Origin: Candidatus Beckwithbacteria bacterium GW2011_GWC1_49_16
GTDB taxonomy: Bacteria; Patescibacteriota; Microgenomatia; UBA1400; CG1-02-47-37
DNA length: 64,000 nt
Direction: 5' to 3'
Assembly: GCA_001029675.1 (NCBI GenBank)
Contig: CP011210.1
Span: 711,528 to 775,527 of the forward strand
The notes below the pieces were generated by a model that had not been told where the DNA came from, made no database searches, and was given only the letters and a program-made list of their open reading frames with translations. Positions 55,276 to 64,000 of this stretch are shown here, piece after piece (the first letter of the stretch is position 1; every line of letters starts with the position of its first letter). Both the position numbers and the translations under genes were made by a program.

Positions 55276-55558
55276 GTTTATGTTTCCGATTTTGTTTTTT
55301 ATCAGTCTAGGAATTTTTTTAGGAGTTTTTCTCCAGTTTAAACGCCGGCGGATTATTGCCTGGGTAGATAAAGTGGTAGTATTTACCGTTTACATTTTAT
55401 TGTTTCTTCTAGGAATAAACATAGGTGGTAACGAAGAAATTGTTGCCAGCCTAGGCACTATTGGATTTCAGGCACTGCTAATAGCATTGGCGGGAGTCGC
55501 TGGTAGCATACTCTCTGCCTATATTTTGAGTAGGCTTATATTCAACCATGAAAACTAG
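55256..55558 (+). CDS. LysO/YbjE (DUF340) family membrane protein, N-terminal piece
   Basis: 100 aa, 3 TM. Confidence 0.5.
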   Translation: MLRQTSKFMFPILFFISLGIFLGVFLQFKRRRIIAWVDKVVVFTVYILLFLLGINIGGNEEIVASLGTIGFQALLIALAGVAGSILSAYILSRLIFNHEN

Positions 55559-56153
55559 CTTGCAGTTGTTTGCCGTTTTTATTCTTGGTCTAATTTTAGG
55601 TTATTACGAATTGGCTCCGGAATTTTTAATCAACAATGGCCTAGTGGAATACGTTTTATACGTGATGCTGTTTTTTGTGGGCGTATCTATGGGGCAAGAT
55701 AAAAAAGCTTGGGGTGTTGTAAAAAAACTTAAGGCAAAAATTTTCTTGGTACCGGCAGGTACTGTATTAGGCACATTTATAGGGGCAGTTGTGGTAAACA
55801 CTTTGATTAAGGACTTGCGGTTTATCGAGGTGGTAACCGTTGCCGCTGGCATGGGTTACTATAGTCTACCTAGCGTAATTTTAAATCAGCTTGGATTTGA
55901 AGTTTTGGGCGTTTTGGCACTACTGACTAACTTATTCAGAGAAACTATTACTTTATTAACCACGCCAATTCTGGCTAAATATTTTGGTAAGCTTTCCCCT
56001 ATCGCGGCAGGAGGGGCAACTACATCTGATGTAACACTACCGGTAATTGTTGAATTTACTGGTAAGCAATACGGGGTAATCGCTATTTTTAACGGAGTGG
56101 TGATAACTATTTTAGTACCGTTTATGGTTACGGCTTTGGCTTCATTGCTGTAA
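55548..56153 (+). CDS. LysO/YbjE (DUF340) family lysine-exporter-like membrane protein
   Basis: 201 aa, 6 TM, DUF340-like. Confidence 0.55.
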   Translation: MKTSLQLFAVFILGLILGYYELAPEFLINNGLVEYVLYVMLFFVGVSMGQDKKAWGVVKKLKAKIFLVPAGTVLGTFIGAVVVNTLIKDLRFIEVVTVAAGMGYYSLPSVILNQLGFEVLGVLALLTNLFRETITLLTTPILAKYFGKLSPIAAGGATTSDVTLPVIVEFTGKQYGVIAIFNGVVITILVPFMVTALASLL

Positions 56154-56167
56154 AATATTTTATATAC

Positions 56168-56944
56168 ATGATTAAACGCGACGAGCTGACGAAGTTTATT
56201 TACCAAACCATCGGCGAGGGATTGATGACCAAGGCCTTGGAAAAAGACGAGGTGGCCAACGGGGTGCAGTTTTTGGGTGGCGAGGAAGTAAAGAAGGTAG
56301 CCCTGGGAGTAAGCTTGAATGAAGATTGGTTGAAAGAGGCGGCCAAAGCAGGCGCCCAGTATTGTGTTTTTCATCACGGCTTTGACACCAGAACCTGGAA
56401 GTCGCGCTTCCCCACCTTTGGCCAAAAAAGATTGAGACTGATGGTTAAAAATAACTTCACTATCGCCGGATTTCACTACACTCTTGACGCCCACCCGACG
56501 CTGGGAAACAACGCCACCATCATCCGCGAGCTCGGCGCCGAGATCGACCAGCCTTTGTACGACGAGTGGGGTTATACGGCCACTTTTAACCACCCCCAAG
56601 ACGTCAAAGAGTTACAGCAAAAGTGCGCTAGGCTTTTTAGCCACGATATTTTGGCGGTACTATCCGGACCCGAAAAAGTGACCACCATCGGCGTCGTCTC
56701 CGGTGCCGGCAAACCGGCAATGGCCGAGATTGCCGAGATGGAAGCCAAAGGAGTGGAGCTTTATATCTCTGGTGAAACCAGCGAGTGGCTGATCCACCAA
56801 ATGAAAGAGTCGGAAATTAACTATTTTTGCGGCGGGCATTACGCCACCGAGGTCTTTGGGGTGCAGGAGCTGGGCAAGTCGATCAAAAAGAATTATCAGG
56901 ACAAACTGGAAGTCGAATTCATCGACATCCCAAACCCGATCTAA
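56168..56944 (+). CDS. Nif3-family dinuclear-metal-centre protein
   Basis: 258 aa; VFHHG, TLDAHP, GGHYATE motifs. Confidence 0.8.
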   Translation: MIKRDELTKFIYQTIGEGLMTKALEKDEVANGVQFLGGEEVKKVALGVSLNEDWLKEAAKAGAQYCVFHHGFDTRTWKSRFPTFGQKRLRLMVKNNFTIAGFHYTLDAHPTLGNNATIIRELGAEIDQPLYDEWGYTATFNHPQDVKELQQKCARLFSHDILAVLSGPEKVTTIGVVSGAGKPAMAEIAEMEAKGVELYISGETSEWLIHQMKESEINYFCGGHYATEVFGVQELGKSIKKNYQDKLEVEFIDIPNPI

Positions 56945-56987
56945 TACAATACTAAGATAATTTAAATTATTTAAGTAAGGAGGAGTT

Positions 56988-57266
56988 ATGAAAAAGGTAA
57001 CTGCCGACGAAATGCGCTGGCAAGTTAGCCAGCTGAAGAAAGATAAATTAGTTTACGCGGTGGAGTCGGCCGCGGTGTCTCTGGTGGTGATGGTCTTGAT
57101 CTTCGGACTGGGCATCGCCCTGCCGATTGTCGGCCTTTACGCCCAAACGGTGATGAGGCTACTTTTGATCATTGCCGTGGGCTACTTTTTGTACATGGCG
57201 GCGGGTAACACCAAAAGGTGTTTAAAAATCCGCAAGCTCGAGAGAATGCTTGATGACCAGGGATGA
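56988..57266 (+). CDS. small 2-TM membrane protein
   Basis: 92 aa; preceded by AT palindrome and AAGGAGG SD. Confidence 0.35.
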   Translation: MKKVTADEMRWQVSQLKKDKLVYAVESAAVSLVVMVLIFGLGIALPIVGLYAQTVMRLLLIIAVGYFLYMAAGNTKRCLKIRKLERMLDDQG

Positions 57267-57807
57267 AGCTTTAGCGCTGGTCAGCGGCTGGACCAAGAAC
57301 CAGAACTTAATCAAGCACATGCTGGCGGTAGAGGCCCAGATGCGGGCTTTGGCCAAGCATTTTAGGGAAGACCCGGAGCAGTGGGGCTTGGCAGGGCTAA
57401 TCCACGACGCCGACTATGACCAGTGGCCCGAATCACACCCCCAAAAAACTCTGGACGAACTTCAGAAACGGGGCGAGCCTGGTTGGCTGACCGACGCGGT
57501 CCGAAGACACGCTTGGGGCTATCACGGTTTTAAAGAAGAGCCGGAAACTAAACTTGAGTGGTCGCTTTACTGCTGTGACGAGCTCTCTGGCCTGATTATC
57601 GCCTGTGCCCTGGTAAGACCCGATAAAAAGTTAGCCTCGGTTGAGGTCGATTCTGTGTTAAAGAAATGGAAGAAAAAAGACTTTGCCGCCGGCGTCCATC
57701 GGGAACAGATCGAGTTGTGCGAAGAGAAACTTGGGATTAAGCTTAATGATTTTATCGGTATTTGTCTTCAGGCTTTACAGGGGATAGCGGGTGATTTAGG
57801 GTTATAA
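57250..57807 (+). CDS. HD-domain phosphohydrolase
   Basis: H...HD (GLIHDADY) metal-binding motifs. Confidence 0.7.
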   Translation: MMTRDEALALVSGWTKNQNLIKHMLAVEAQMRALAKHFREDPEQWGLAGLIHDADYDQWPESHPQKTLDELQKRGEPGWLTDAVRRHAWGYHGFKEEPETKLEWSLYCCDELSGLIIACALVRPDKKLASVEVDSVLKKWKKKDFAAGVHREQIELCEEKLGIKLNDFIGICLQALQGIAGDLGL

Positions 57808-57817
57808 TAAGGAATCT

Positions 57818-59083
57818 ATGTTAGACATTGCTTTTATTCGCGACAATGCAGCGGCAGTCAAAAAAGCGGCTAAAGACAAAGGGCTTGAGCCGGCGCTGGT
57901 TGATAAGGTACTTGAGGCTGACAAGAAGAGGCGTGAGTTAATCGGTAAAGTTGATGAGTTACGGCAGGAAAAAAACCAGCTGACCGAGAAAGATAGAGAC
58001 AAGGGAAAGAAAATCAAAGCAGAACTCAAGAAGCTTGAACCGGACTTAAGAAAAGCAGAGGCCGAGTTTGAAACGACGCTAAAACAAATCCCCAATCCGG
58101 CGGCTGACGACGTCAAGGTGGGCAAAGACGAAAATGACAACGAGGTGGTTAGAAATTGGGGTGAAAAAACAAAATTTGACTTTAAAGCCAAAGAACACCT
58201 GGAATTGGGTGAGGCTTTGGGGATGATCGATACTAAGAGAGCGGCTAAAGTGTCCGGAGCCAGGTTTGCCTATTTGACCGGGGACGCGGTGCTGTTGGAA
58301 CTGGCCTTGGTGAATTTGGCTATGGAAACTCTGATCAAAGAGGGCTTTACGCCGATAGTCCCGCCGGTTCTAATGAAAGTGCCGGTATTTCATGACTTGG
58401 GCTATTCGGAACATTTAGGTAACGAAAACTACTATTATGTCGCCGGCGACCCGGATAAGAAAAACCAAGGCGAGGAGGAAGAAGGTTACTATTTGGTGGG
58501 TACGGCTGAACACTCGATCGTGCCTTTTTACAAAGACGAGGTCCTGTCTGCTTTTGACCTACCCAAAAGATTTGTCGGTTTTTCCTCGGCCTTTCGGCGC
58601 GAGGCCGGCTCCTACGGCAAAGACACCAAGGGAATTTTGCGAGTCCACCAGTTTGACAAAGTGGAAATGGTGTCTTTTGCCCGCGCCAGCGAAAGCGACA
58701 AGGAACACGAATTTCTTTTGGGTTTAGAAGAAAAGCTTTTTCAGGCCTTAAAAATCCCCTATCAGGTAGTGAAGATGTGTACCGGAGATTTGGGAGCGCC
58801 GGCGGCCAGAAAGTATGACCTCGAAGCCTGGCTGCCGGGACAAGGAAAATACCGCGAAGTCACCTCAACTTCAACTTGTACCGATTTTCAAGCCAGAAGA
58901 CTAAACATTAAATATCGAGAGGGCGATAAACTAAAGTACGCTCACACTCTAAACGGCACCGCTTTGGCCATCGGCCGGACGATAATTGCCATCATGGAAA
59001 ACTACCAGGCTAGTGACGGGTCGGTTGAAGTGCCTGAAGTGTTAAAAAAATATCTCAATAAAGATGTTATTTCAAAAGGTTAA
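57818..59083 (+). CDS. serS: seryl-tRNA synthetase
   Basis: 421 aa; N-terminal coiled-coil arm, class II motifs (FRREAGS, GTALAIGRTI). Confidence 0.9.
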   Translation: MLDIAFIRDNAAAVKKAAKDKGLEPALVDKVLEADKKRRELIGKVDELRQEKNQLTEKDRDKGKKIKAELKKLEPDLRKAEAEFETTLKQIPNPAADDVKVGKDENDNEVVRNWGEKTKFDFKAKEHLELGEALGMIDTKRAAKVSGARFAYLTGDAVLLELALVNLAMETLIKEGFTPIVPPVLMKVPVFHDLGYSEHLGNENYYYVAGDPDKKNQGEEEEGYYLVGTAEHSIVPFYKDEVLSAFDLPKRFVGFSSAFRREAGSYGKDTKGILRVHQFDKVEMVSFARASESDKEHEFLLGLEEKLFQALKIPYQVVKMCTGDLGAPAARKYDLEAWLPGQGKYREVTSTSTCTDFQARRLNIKYREGDKLKYAHTLNGTALAIGRTIIAIMENYQASDGSVEVPEVLKKYLNKDVISKG

Positions 59084-59714
59084 AGAAGAAATCCTCTCCC
59101 CCATCAGTGGCTTGATTAAAGTGGTAACGGTGTTCAACCGGCCGCGGCTGATGGTGGGCAACATGGTTCAGTCCGGCGGCATGGTCAAGGCGATTTGGGA
59201 CAAAGCCTTAGCCAAGCTTGACCGCGAGGGGCAAAAAGTAAACAAGGCCCTGGTGTTGGGCCTAGGCTGCGGCGACTGCGTTTTTAGCATCAATAGACAT
59301 TACCCATACGCTCGCGTCACCGGGGTGGAGCTTGATCCGGAAGTGATCAATATGGCCGAATGTTATTTTAACCTGGCGACGGCAAAGAACCTGAAGGTAG
59401 CCATTAGCGAGGGGGCTGACTATGTAGCCAAAAAGACTTCTGCCAAAGGCGGAGCGGCCGCTGACCAAAAGTTTGATCTGATTATCGTCGACGTCTATTT
59501 GGGCCAAGTGATGCCCAAAAAGTTTAAGGAGAAAAAGTTTCTGGCTAACCTGGCTAAACTTGTGGCCAAAAACGGGGTGGTGGTGATCAATCATTTGTTT
59601 TTCGGCGGCCACAAAAAGGAAGCGGAAAGATTTATTAAAGACTTAGAAAAAATCTGGCCGCAAATAACTCTACAGAGAACGGCCAGCAACCTGGTAATTT
59701 TTGCCAGAAAATAG
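59064..59714 (+). CDS. spermidine-synthase-fold methyltransferase-like protein
   Basis: LVLGLGCGDCV...VTGVELDPEVI...DLIIVDVY. Confidence 0.55.
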   Translation: MLFQKVKEEILSPISGLIKVVTVFNRPRLMVGNMVQSGGMVKAIWDKALAKLDREGQKVNKALVLGLGCGDCVFSINRHYPYARVTGVELDPEVINMAECYFNLATAKNLKVAISEGADYVAKKTSAKGGAAADQKFDLIIVDVYLGQVMPKKFKEKKFLANLAKLVAKNGVVVINHLFFGGHKKEAERFIKDLEKIWPQITLQRTASNLVIFARK

Positions 59715-62409
59715 GCTTATGGTATTTAAGTTTTTGGGTAAGTTGGTCGATACCAACCAAAGAGAAGTTAATCGGCTAACTCAAGTGGTGGGGAAGATCA
59801 ATGGCTTGGCCGACAAGGCAAAAAAGCTTGCCAAAAAAGACTTTTCCCAAAAAACGGCCGAGTTTAAGGAGCGTTTAAAAAAAGGCGAGAGCTTGGATGA
59901 GTTGCTGCCTGAAGTTTATGCCGTAACCCGGGAGGCGGCAGAGCAGGCCACAGGCTTGCGGCCGTTTGACGAGCAGCTGATGGCAGCGATTGTCTTCCAC
60001 CAAGGTAAAATTGCCGAACAAAAAACCGGCGAAGGCAAAACCTTGTCGGCGGTGGCGGCGTTGTACCTTAATGCTCTTGCCGGCCGCGGCTGTCATTTGG
60101 TGACGGTCAACGACTATTTAGCCCGGCGCGATACCGGCTGGATGGGGCCGATATACAGGCTCTTGGGGCTGTCGGTCGGAGTGGTCTATGCGGGCCGCGG
60201 CGACCAGCCGGCAGAAATATATGACCCGGAATACACCGACGAGGCGGCCACGGACGAACGCTTGCGCTACCTGAAGCCCGTGTCGCGGCAAGAGGCTTAT
60301 CGGGCGGACATTACTTACGGCACTAACAACGAGCTTGGCTTTGACTATTTGCGCGACAACATGGTAGCGGCTTTACCCCAAATGGTGCAACGGGGACACA
60401 AATTTGCCATTGTCGACGAGGTGGACTCGATTTTAGTAGACGAAGCCAGAACCCCGCTGATTATCTCGGCGCCTGATACCGAGCCGACGGACAAGTACTT
60501 TAAATTCGCCGGTTTGGTCAATGAGCTGTCGGCCGCGACCGACTATGAAAGCGACGAAAAGCACAAGACGGTTAACTTAACCGAGCACGGAATCAAAAAA
60601 GTAGAAAAGAAGCTAAATGTTGATAACCTGTACGAAAAAGACTTTGATACCATCCATCACTTAGAACAGGCTTTAAAAGCCCGGGAGCATTTCAAAAAAG
60701 ACCGCGACTACGTGATCAAGGACGGCGAGATTATTATCGTTGACGAGTTTACCGGCAGATTGATGTTTGGCCGGCGCTACTCGGAAGGGCTACACCAGGC
60801 GATCGAGGCTAAAGAGAATGTGACTATCAAACAGGAGTCAAAGACGCTGGCGACGATTTCGTTTCAGAATTATTTTAGGATGTATGACAAACTGGCCGGC
60901 ATGACCGGGACGGCGGCGACCGAGGCGGAAGAGTTTAAGAAAATCTATAACCTGGAGACGGTGGTGATCCCCACCCACGAACCGATGGTGCGATCCGACC
61001 ACCCGGACTTGGTCTACAAAACGGCCCGGGCCAAGTACGCGGCCATCGGCCGCGAGGTAGAAGAAAGACACCAAAAGGGCCAGCCGGTGTTGATCGGCAC
61101 CTCGTCGATTGACAAAAACCAGATCGTGGCCGAACTTTTGAAAAGAAAAAAAATCCCCCACCAGGTCTTAAACGCCAAAAACCACGAAAAAGAAGCCCAG
61201 ATTATCTCCCAAGCGGGCAAGGTGGGCGGAGTGACGGTGGCGACCAACCTGGCCGGCCGGGGCGTAGACATTGTTTTGGGGGGCGATAGCCGCGAGTTTG
61301 AGAGCAAAAAAATCTGGCAGAAACAGCACGACAAGGTAGTCAGTCTCGGCGGGCTTCACGTCATTGGCGTCGAGCGGCACGAATCGAGAAGAATCGATAA
61401 CCAGCTTCGGGGTCGCTCCGGCAGGCAGGGGGATCCGGGCTCATCGCGGTTTTATGTCTCATTGGAAGACGACATCATGCGCATTTTTGGCGGGGAACAA
61501 ATAAGTAAGTTAATGACCACGTTTAAGATGCCGGAAGACGTGCCCTTGGAACACGCCATGGTGAGCCGGGCCATCGAACAGGCCCAAGTCAAAGTGGAAA
61601 GCTTTCACTTTGATGCCAGAAAACATTTGGTCGAGTACGACGACGTGATGAACAAGCAAAGGGAAATTATTTATCAAAGGCGCAAGGCGATATTGACTAA
61701 TTTTGACGACGAGAAGACCCGGGGCAAATTGAAGACTAGGCTGGGTGAGATTTTGGACCAGCAGATTGAGCAGATGGTTAACCTTAGAGTCAATCCACAA
61801 ACACAAGCCATAGACTATGAAACTTTGGTAAAGGACTTGGTGATGGTGGTGCCGTTTGACCCGGCTTCGCAAAAAAGGATCACCGACCAACTGGAAAAGG
61901 CGGAGGGTCAAGAAAAAGTGGCGGAATTGGTTAAGGGCTTAGTGGAGAGGACTTACGAGCAGAGAGAGAAAGAGCTAGGTGAGGGGTTAATGCGGGAGAT
62001 AGAAAAATTTGTGCTGCTGTCTACCATTGACAAGCTGTGGATGGATCATTTGGACGCGGTGGACGATTTGCGCGAAGGCATCGGCTTGAGAGGCTACGCC
62101 CAACGCGACCCCCTGGTGGAATACAAAGGCGAAGCCTTTTCGATGTTTGAGAAGCTGGTGGCGACGATCGACTATGAGGTAGCCAGAAGGGTGTTCAGAG
62201 TCCAGGTGGGTCAGAGGCCAACTCCGCCACAGGCTGATCGGCCTATGGCCGAAACTCCGCCGCCCCCGCCGCAAGCTGACGCAAGCAGGCGGGCAGGCCC
62301 TTCACCGGCTGACGCCGGCAAACACAAACTAGGCCGGAATGATCCGTGTTGGTGTGGGTCGGGTAAAAAATGGAAAAAGTGTCACTACCCGGAGCTGCCG
62401 GCGAACTAA
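59701..62409 (+). CDS. secA: preprotein translocase ATPase SecA
   Basis: 902 aa; DEAD-like motor, C-terminal Zn finger CWCGSGKKWKKCH; start may be 59719. Confidence 0.9.
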   Translation: MPENRLMVFKFLGKLVDTNQREVNRLTQVVGKINGLADKAKKLAKKDFSQKTAEFKERLKKGESLDELLPEVYAVTREAAEQATGLRPFDEQLMAAIVFHQGKIAEQKTGEGKTLSAVAALYLNALAGRGCHLVTVNDYLARRDTGWMGPIYRLLGLSVGVVYAGRGDQPAEIYDPEYTDEAATDERLRYLKPVSRQEAYRADITYGTNNELGFDYLRDNMVAALPQMVQRGHKFAIVDEVDSILVDEARTPLIISAPDTEPTDKYFKFAGLVNELSAATDYESDEKHKTVNLTEHGIKKVEKKLNVDNLYEKDFDTIHHLEQALKAREHFKKDRDYVIKDGEIIIVDEFTGRLMFGRRYSEGLHQAIEAKENVTIKQESKTLATISFQNYFRMYDKLAGMTGTAATEAEEFKKIYNLETVVIPTHEPMVRSDHPDLVYKTARAKYAAIGREVEERHQKGQPVLIGTSSIDKNQIVAELLKRKKIPHQVLNAKNHEKEAQIISQAGKVGGVTVATNLAGRGVDIVLGGDSREFESKKIWQKQHDKVVSLGGLHVIGVERHESRRIDNQLRGRSGRQGDPGSSRFYVSLEDDIMRIFGGEQISKLMTTFKMPEDVPLEHAMVSRAIEQAQVKVESFHFDARKHLVEYDDVMNKQREIIYQRRKAILTNFDDEKTRGKLKTRLGEILDQQIEQMVNLRVNPQTQAIDYETLVKDLVMVVPFDPASQKRITDQLEKAEGQEKVAELVKGLVERTYEQREKELGEGLMREIEKFVLLSTIDKLWMDHLDAVDDLREGIGLRGYAQRDPLVEYKGEAFSMFEKLVATIDYEVARRVFRVQVGQRPTPPQADRPMAETPPPPPQADASRRAGPSPADAGKHKLGRNDPCWCGSGKKWKKCHYPELPAN

Positions 62410-64000
62410 CCGAAAGTAAAAGCGAAAAGCTGTAAACCGGAATCGAGAAATTCTAAAGTAAGGGTGTGGTCGCCGGGAGTGGCTAGCTCCACCAAATTGT
62501 AAAGGCGGGCCGAATCGACGCTGACGATTGATATCTCCCGACCATCGAGAAAGACCCTGACCCGCCCGGAGGCGGCGGCGGTGTCCATAACTAGGTTAAC
62601 CTGTTTGGCGTCAAAGCGAAGGCTAAGGCGAGCGCCTGGCTCGGGCTCGGCGTGTTCTTCGGCAATTAACCACTGCCCGGAAAAGGCCACTTGGTTTAAT
62701 TGAAGGCTATCGGGAGCAGTATAAGCGGTGGTTTGGTCGGGACGCAAATCTTCGAGCGAGGCGTAGCCTGACAGCCGGCCGTAACCCAAATAGGTTTCGG
62801 GGGTGCGGCTGGCAGATTGATACTCTTGAAGATCGACCATGGGAGTATCGGTTTCGCCCAAAAGCAACTGGATGTTTTTTTCGGTTTCGGCGTACTGGCC
62901 TTCGCCGAAATGGGTGTAGCGGACACGGCCCTGTTTGTCGATTAAGTATTTGGCCGGCCAGTAACGATTATTGTAGGCGCGCCAAATGTTAAAGTCATTA
63001 TCCTGGACCACCGGATAAGTGACGCCAAAGTCCTCCATCGCTTCGATTACGTTTTGGGTGTCTTTTTCGAACTCAAACTCGGGGCTGTGGACGCCGATGA
63101 TCACCAAACCAGAATCGGCGTATTTTTGATACCAAGAGGTCAGATAGGGCAGGGTGCGGATACAGTTGATACAGGAATAAGTCCAGAAATCAACTAAAAC
63201 CACTTTACCCCGGAGGCCGGCCAAAGTTAGGGGTTCGGAGTTAACCCAGTGAGTCCAACCATCAAGCTCGGGGGCAGGACCAAAATTTTTTAAGTTGATC
63301 CCCTGCTTTTTCTCCTCCGTTTCTTCCTGGAGCCTCTTCAACTCTTTTTCGACCATAGGATTGTCCTCTAGGGAAGTTAGGCCGGTACCGTAGCCCGGGA
63401 AACGATTTAAAACCCAAGCTTGAAACTGACGATCGAGGTTGAGGTAAATTGCCAGAGCGGTGGCGATCATAAGCAGGCCGAAAACTTTTTGGATGAGAAC
63501 GGTTTTGTCGGTGAGTTTCATTAGGCGCCTGCTGCCCATAACGATGGCTAGCAGAGGAATGGCCGTGCCCAAAGAATAGGCTAAAACTATTGGCACAGAC
63601 GAGGCTGAAGTTTGGCCGGTGGCAGCCAAAGTAATGATGGCAGCCATAATCGGGCCGACGCAAGGAGTCCAAACCAAACCCAAGCTGATGCCAACCAAAA
63701 GGCCGGCGCTAAAGCCGTCGCCGGTGACCCTGCTGCCGCCGCGAGAGGCAAGGCGGGAAACCAACCTTTCCCAAAGTAGATTTAATTGGGGGACGACCAA
63801 AACCAGACCAAAGGCTAAAATGACCAAGGCGGCCAAGGTGCGCAAGAAGTCGGCGGAAAGACCAGTGGCTTTGACGATGGCAGTCAGAAATAAGGTAAAG
63901 AGAGTGAAACTAACTACAAAACCGGTAACCACACCCAGGGGCTTTTTCTTGCCGCCGGTGACTCCGGTCGATAAGACAATCGGTAGAAGCGGCAGGATGC
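62406..64000 (-). CDS. CcdA/DsbD-like TM domain fused to TlpA/ResA-like thioredoxin domain (partial; N-terminus beyond window)
   Basis: TPCVGPIMAAI (second CcdA Cys motif) and thioredoxin WTYSCINCIRTLP CxxC; first TM helices/Cys expected upstream of 63932. Confidence 0.7.
   Translation of the reverse strand, partial: ILPLLPIVLSTGVTGGKKKPLGVVTGFVVSFTLFTLFLTAIVKATGLSADFLRTLAALVILAFGLVLVVPQLNLLWERLVSRLASRGGSRVTGDGFSAGLLVGISLGLVWTPCVGPIMAAIITLAATGQTSASSVPIVLAYSLGTAIPLLAIVMGSRRLMKLTDKTVLIQKVFGLLMIATALAIYLNLDRQFQAWVLNRFPGYGTGLTSLEDNPMVEKELKRLQEETEEKKQGINLKNFGPAPELDGWTHWVNSEPLTLAGLRGKVVLVDFWTYSCINCIRTLPYLTSWYQKYADSGLVIIGVHSPEFEFEKDTQNVIEAMEDFGVTYPVVQDNDFNIWRAYNNRYWPAKYLIDKQGRVRYTHFGEGQYAETEKNIQLLLGETDTPMVDLQEYQSASRTPETYLGYGRLSGYASLEDLRPDQTTAYTAPDSLQLNQVAFSGQWLIAEEHAEPEPGARLSLRFDAKQVNLVMDTAAASGRVRVFLDGREISIVSVDSARLYNLVELATPGDHTLTLEFLDSGLQLFAFTFG

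Noticed and set aside
55886-56599. 237-aa ORF on the minus strand
   Set aside because: Entirely antisense to the LysO-like gene and the well-supported Nif3 gene; no recognisable domain; typical shadow ORF in GC-biased coding DNA.

Overview
The window is 64 kb of a compact, roughly 50% GC bacterial genome, read under standard code 11 with TGA/TAA/TAG all used as stops. Gene content suggests a small-genome, possibly Patescibacteria/CPR-like organism: class I LysRS, a sortase with unusual substrates, many secreted proteins carrying Pro-Ser linkers, and a dTDP-rhamnose pathway plus carbamoyltransferase. That taxonomic guess is inference.

Main blocks, in order:
- dTDP-rhamnose genes rfbBCD, with rfbA further on, next to trmD.
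- A carbamoyltransferase cluster with SxtK/DUF5989-like and SGNH partners.
- An HhH-GPD glycosylase, a TrpR/YerC-like HTH gene and rarA.
- A CAP-domain protein and an S8 subtilisin, divergently arranged.
- A sortase locus with repeat-rich and PS-linker substrates and a 371-bp perfect direct repeat.
- dinB and coaBC.
- A copper-homeostasis island: ArsR-YHS regulator with TTCGAA-centred operators, a Met-rich protein, a CopB-type CPH P-type ATPase, and a cupredoxin.
- ccdA, nadE and a GT2 glycosyltransferase.
- tRNA-Glu(CTC), followed by the element described below.
- A GreA-to-LysRS region with a sigma70-like promoter, a 21-codon Lys-containing leader and a terminator/antiterminator; then Nif3, an HD protein, serS, secA, and a CcdA-thioredoxin fusion running off the window.

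The most unusual region is a roughly 9.3 kb AT-rich element downstream of tRNA-Glu (about 39161..48495). It carries a large serine recombinase bracketed by ~95-100 bp near-perfect inverted repeats, and a 7.4 kb cargo bracketed by a second pair of ~131 bp inverted repeats. The central 230 bp reads as an inverted fusion of the two outer ends, like an attP junction. The cargo encodes a giant (>1360 aa) DUF2341/BNR(Asp-box)/FN3 surface protein. Its start codon is separated from its signal peptide by a (GA)9G tract that leaves it out of frame, a predicted slipped-strand phase-variable OFF state. The cargo also holds a TrpR-like HTH, a 2-TM protein, an M23 peptidase with a C-terminal wHTH, and a 0.7 kb GC-rich hairpin-dense noncoding segment.
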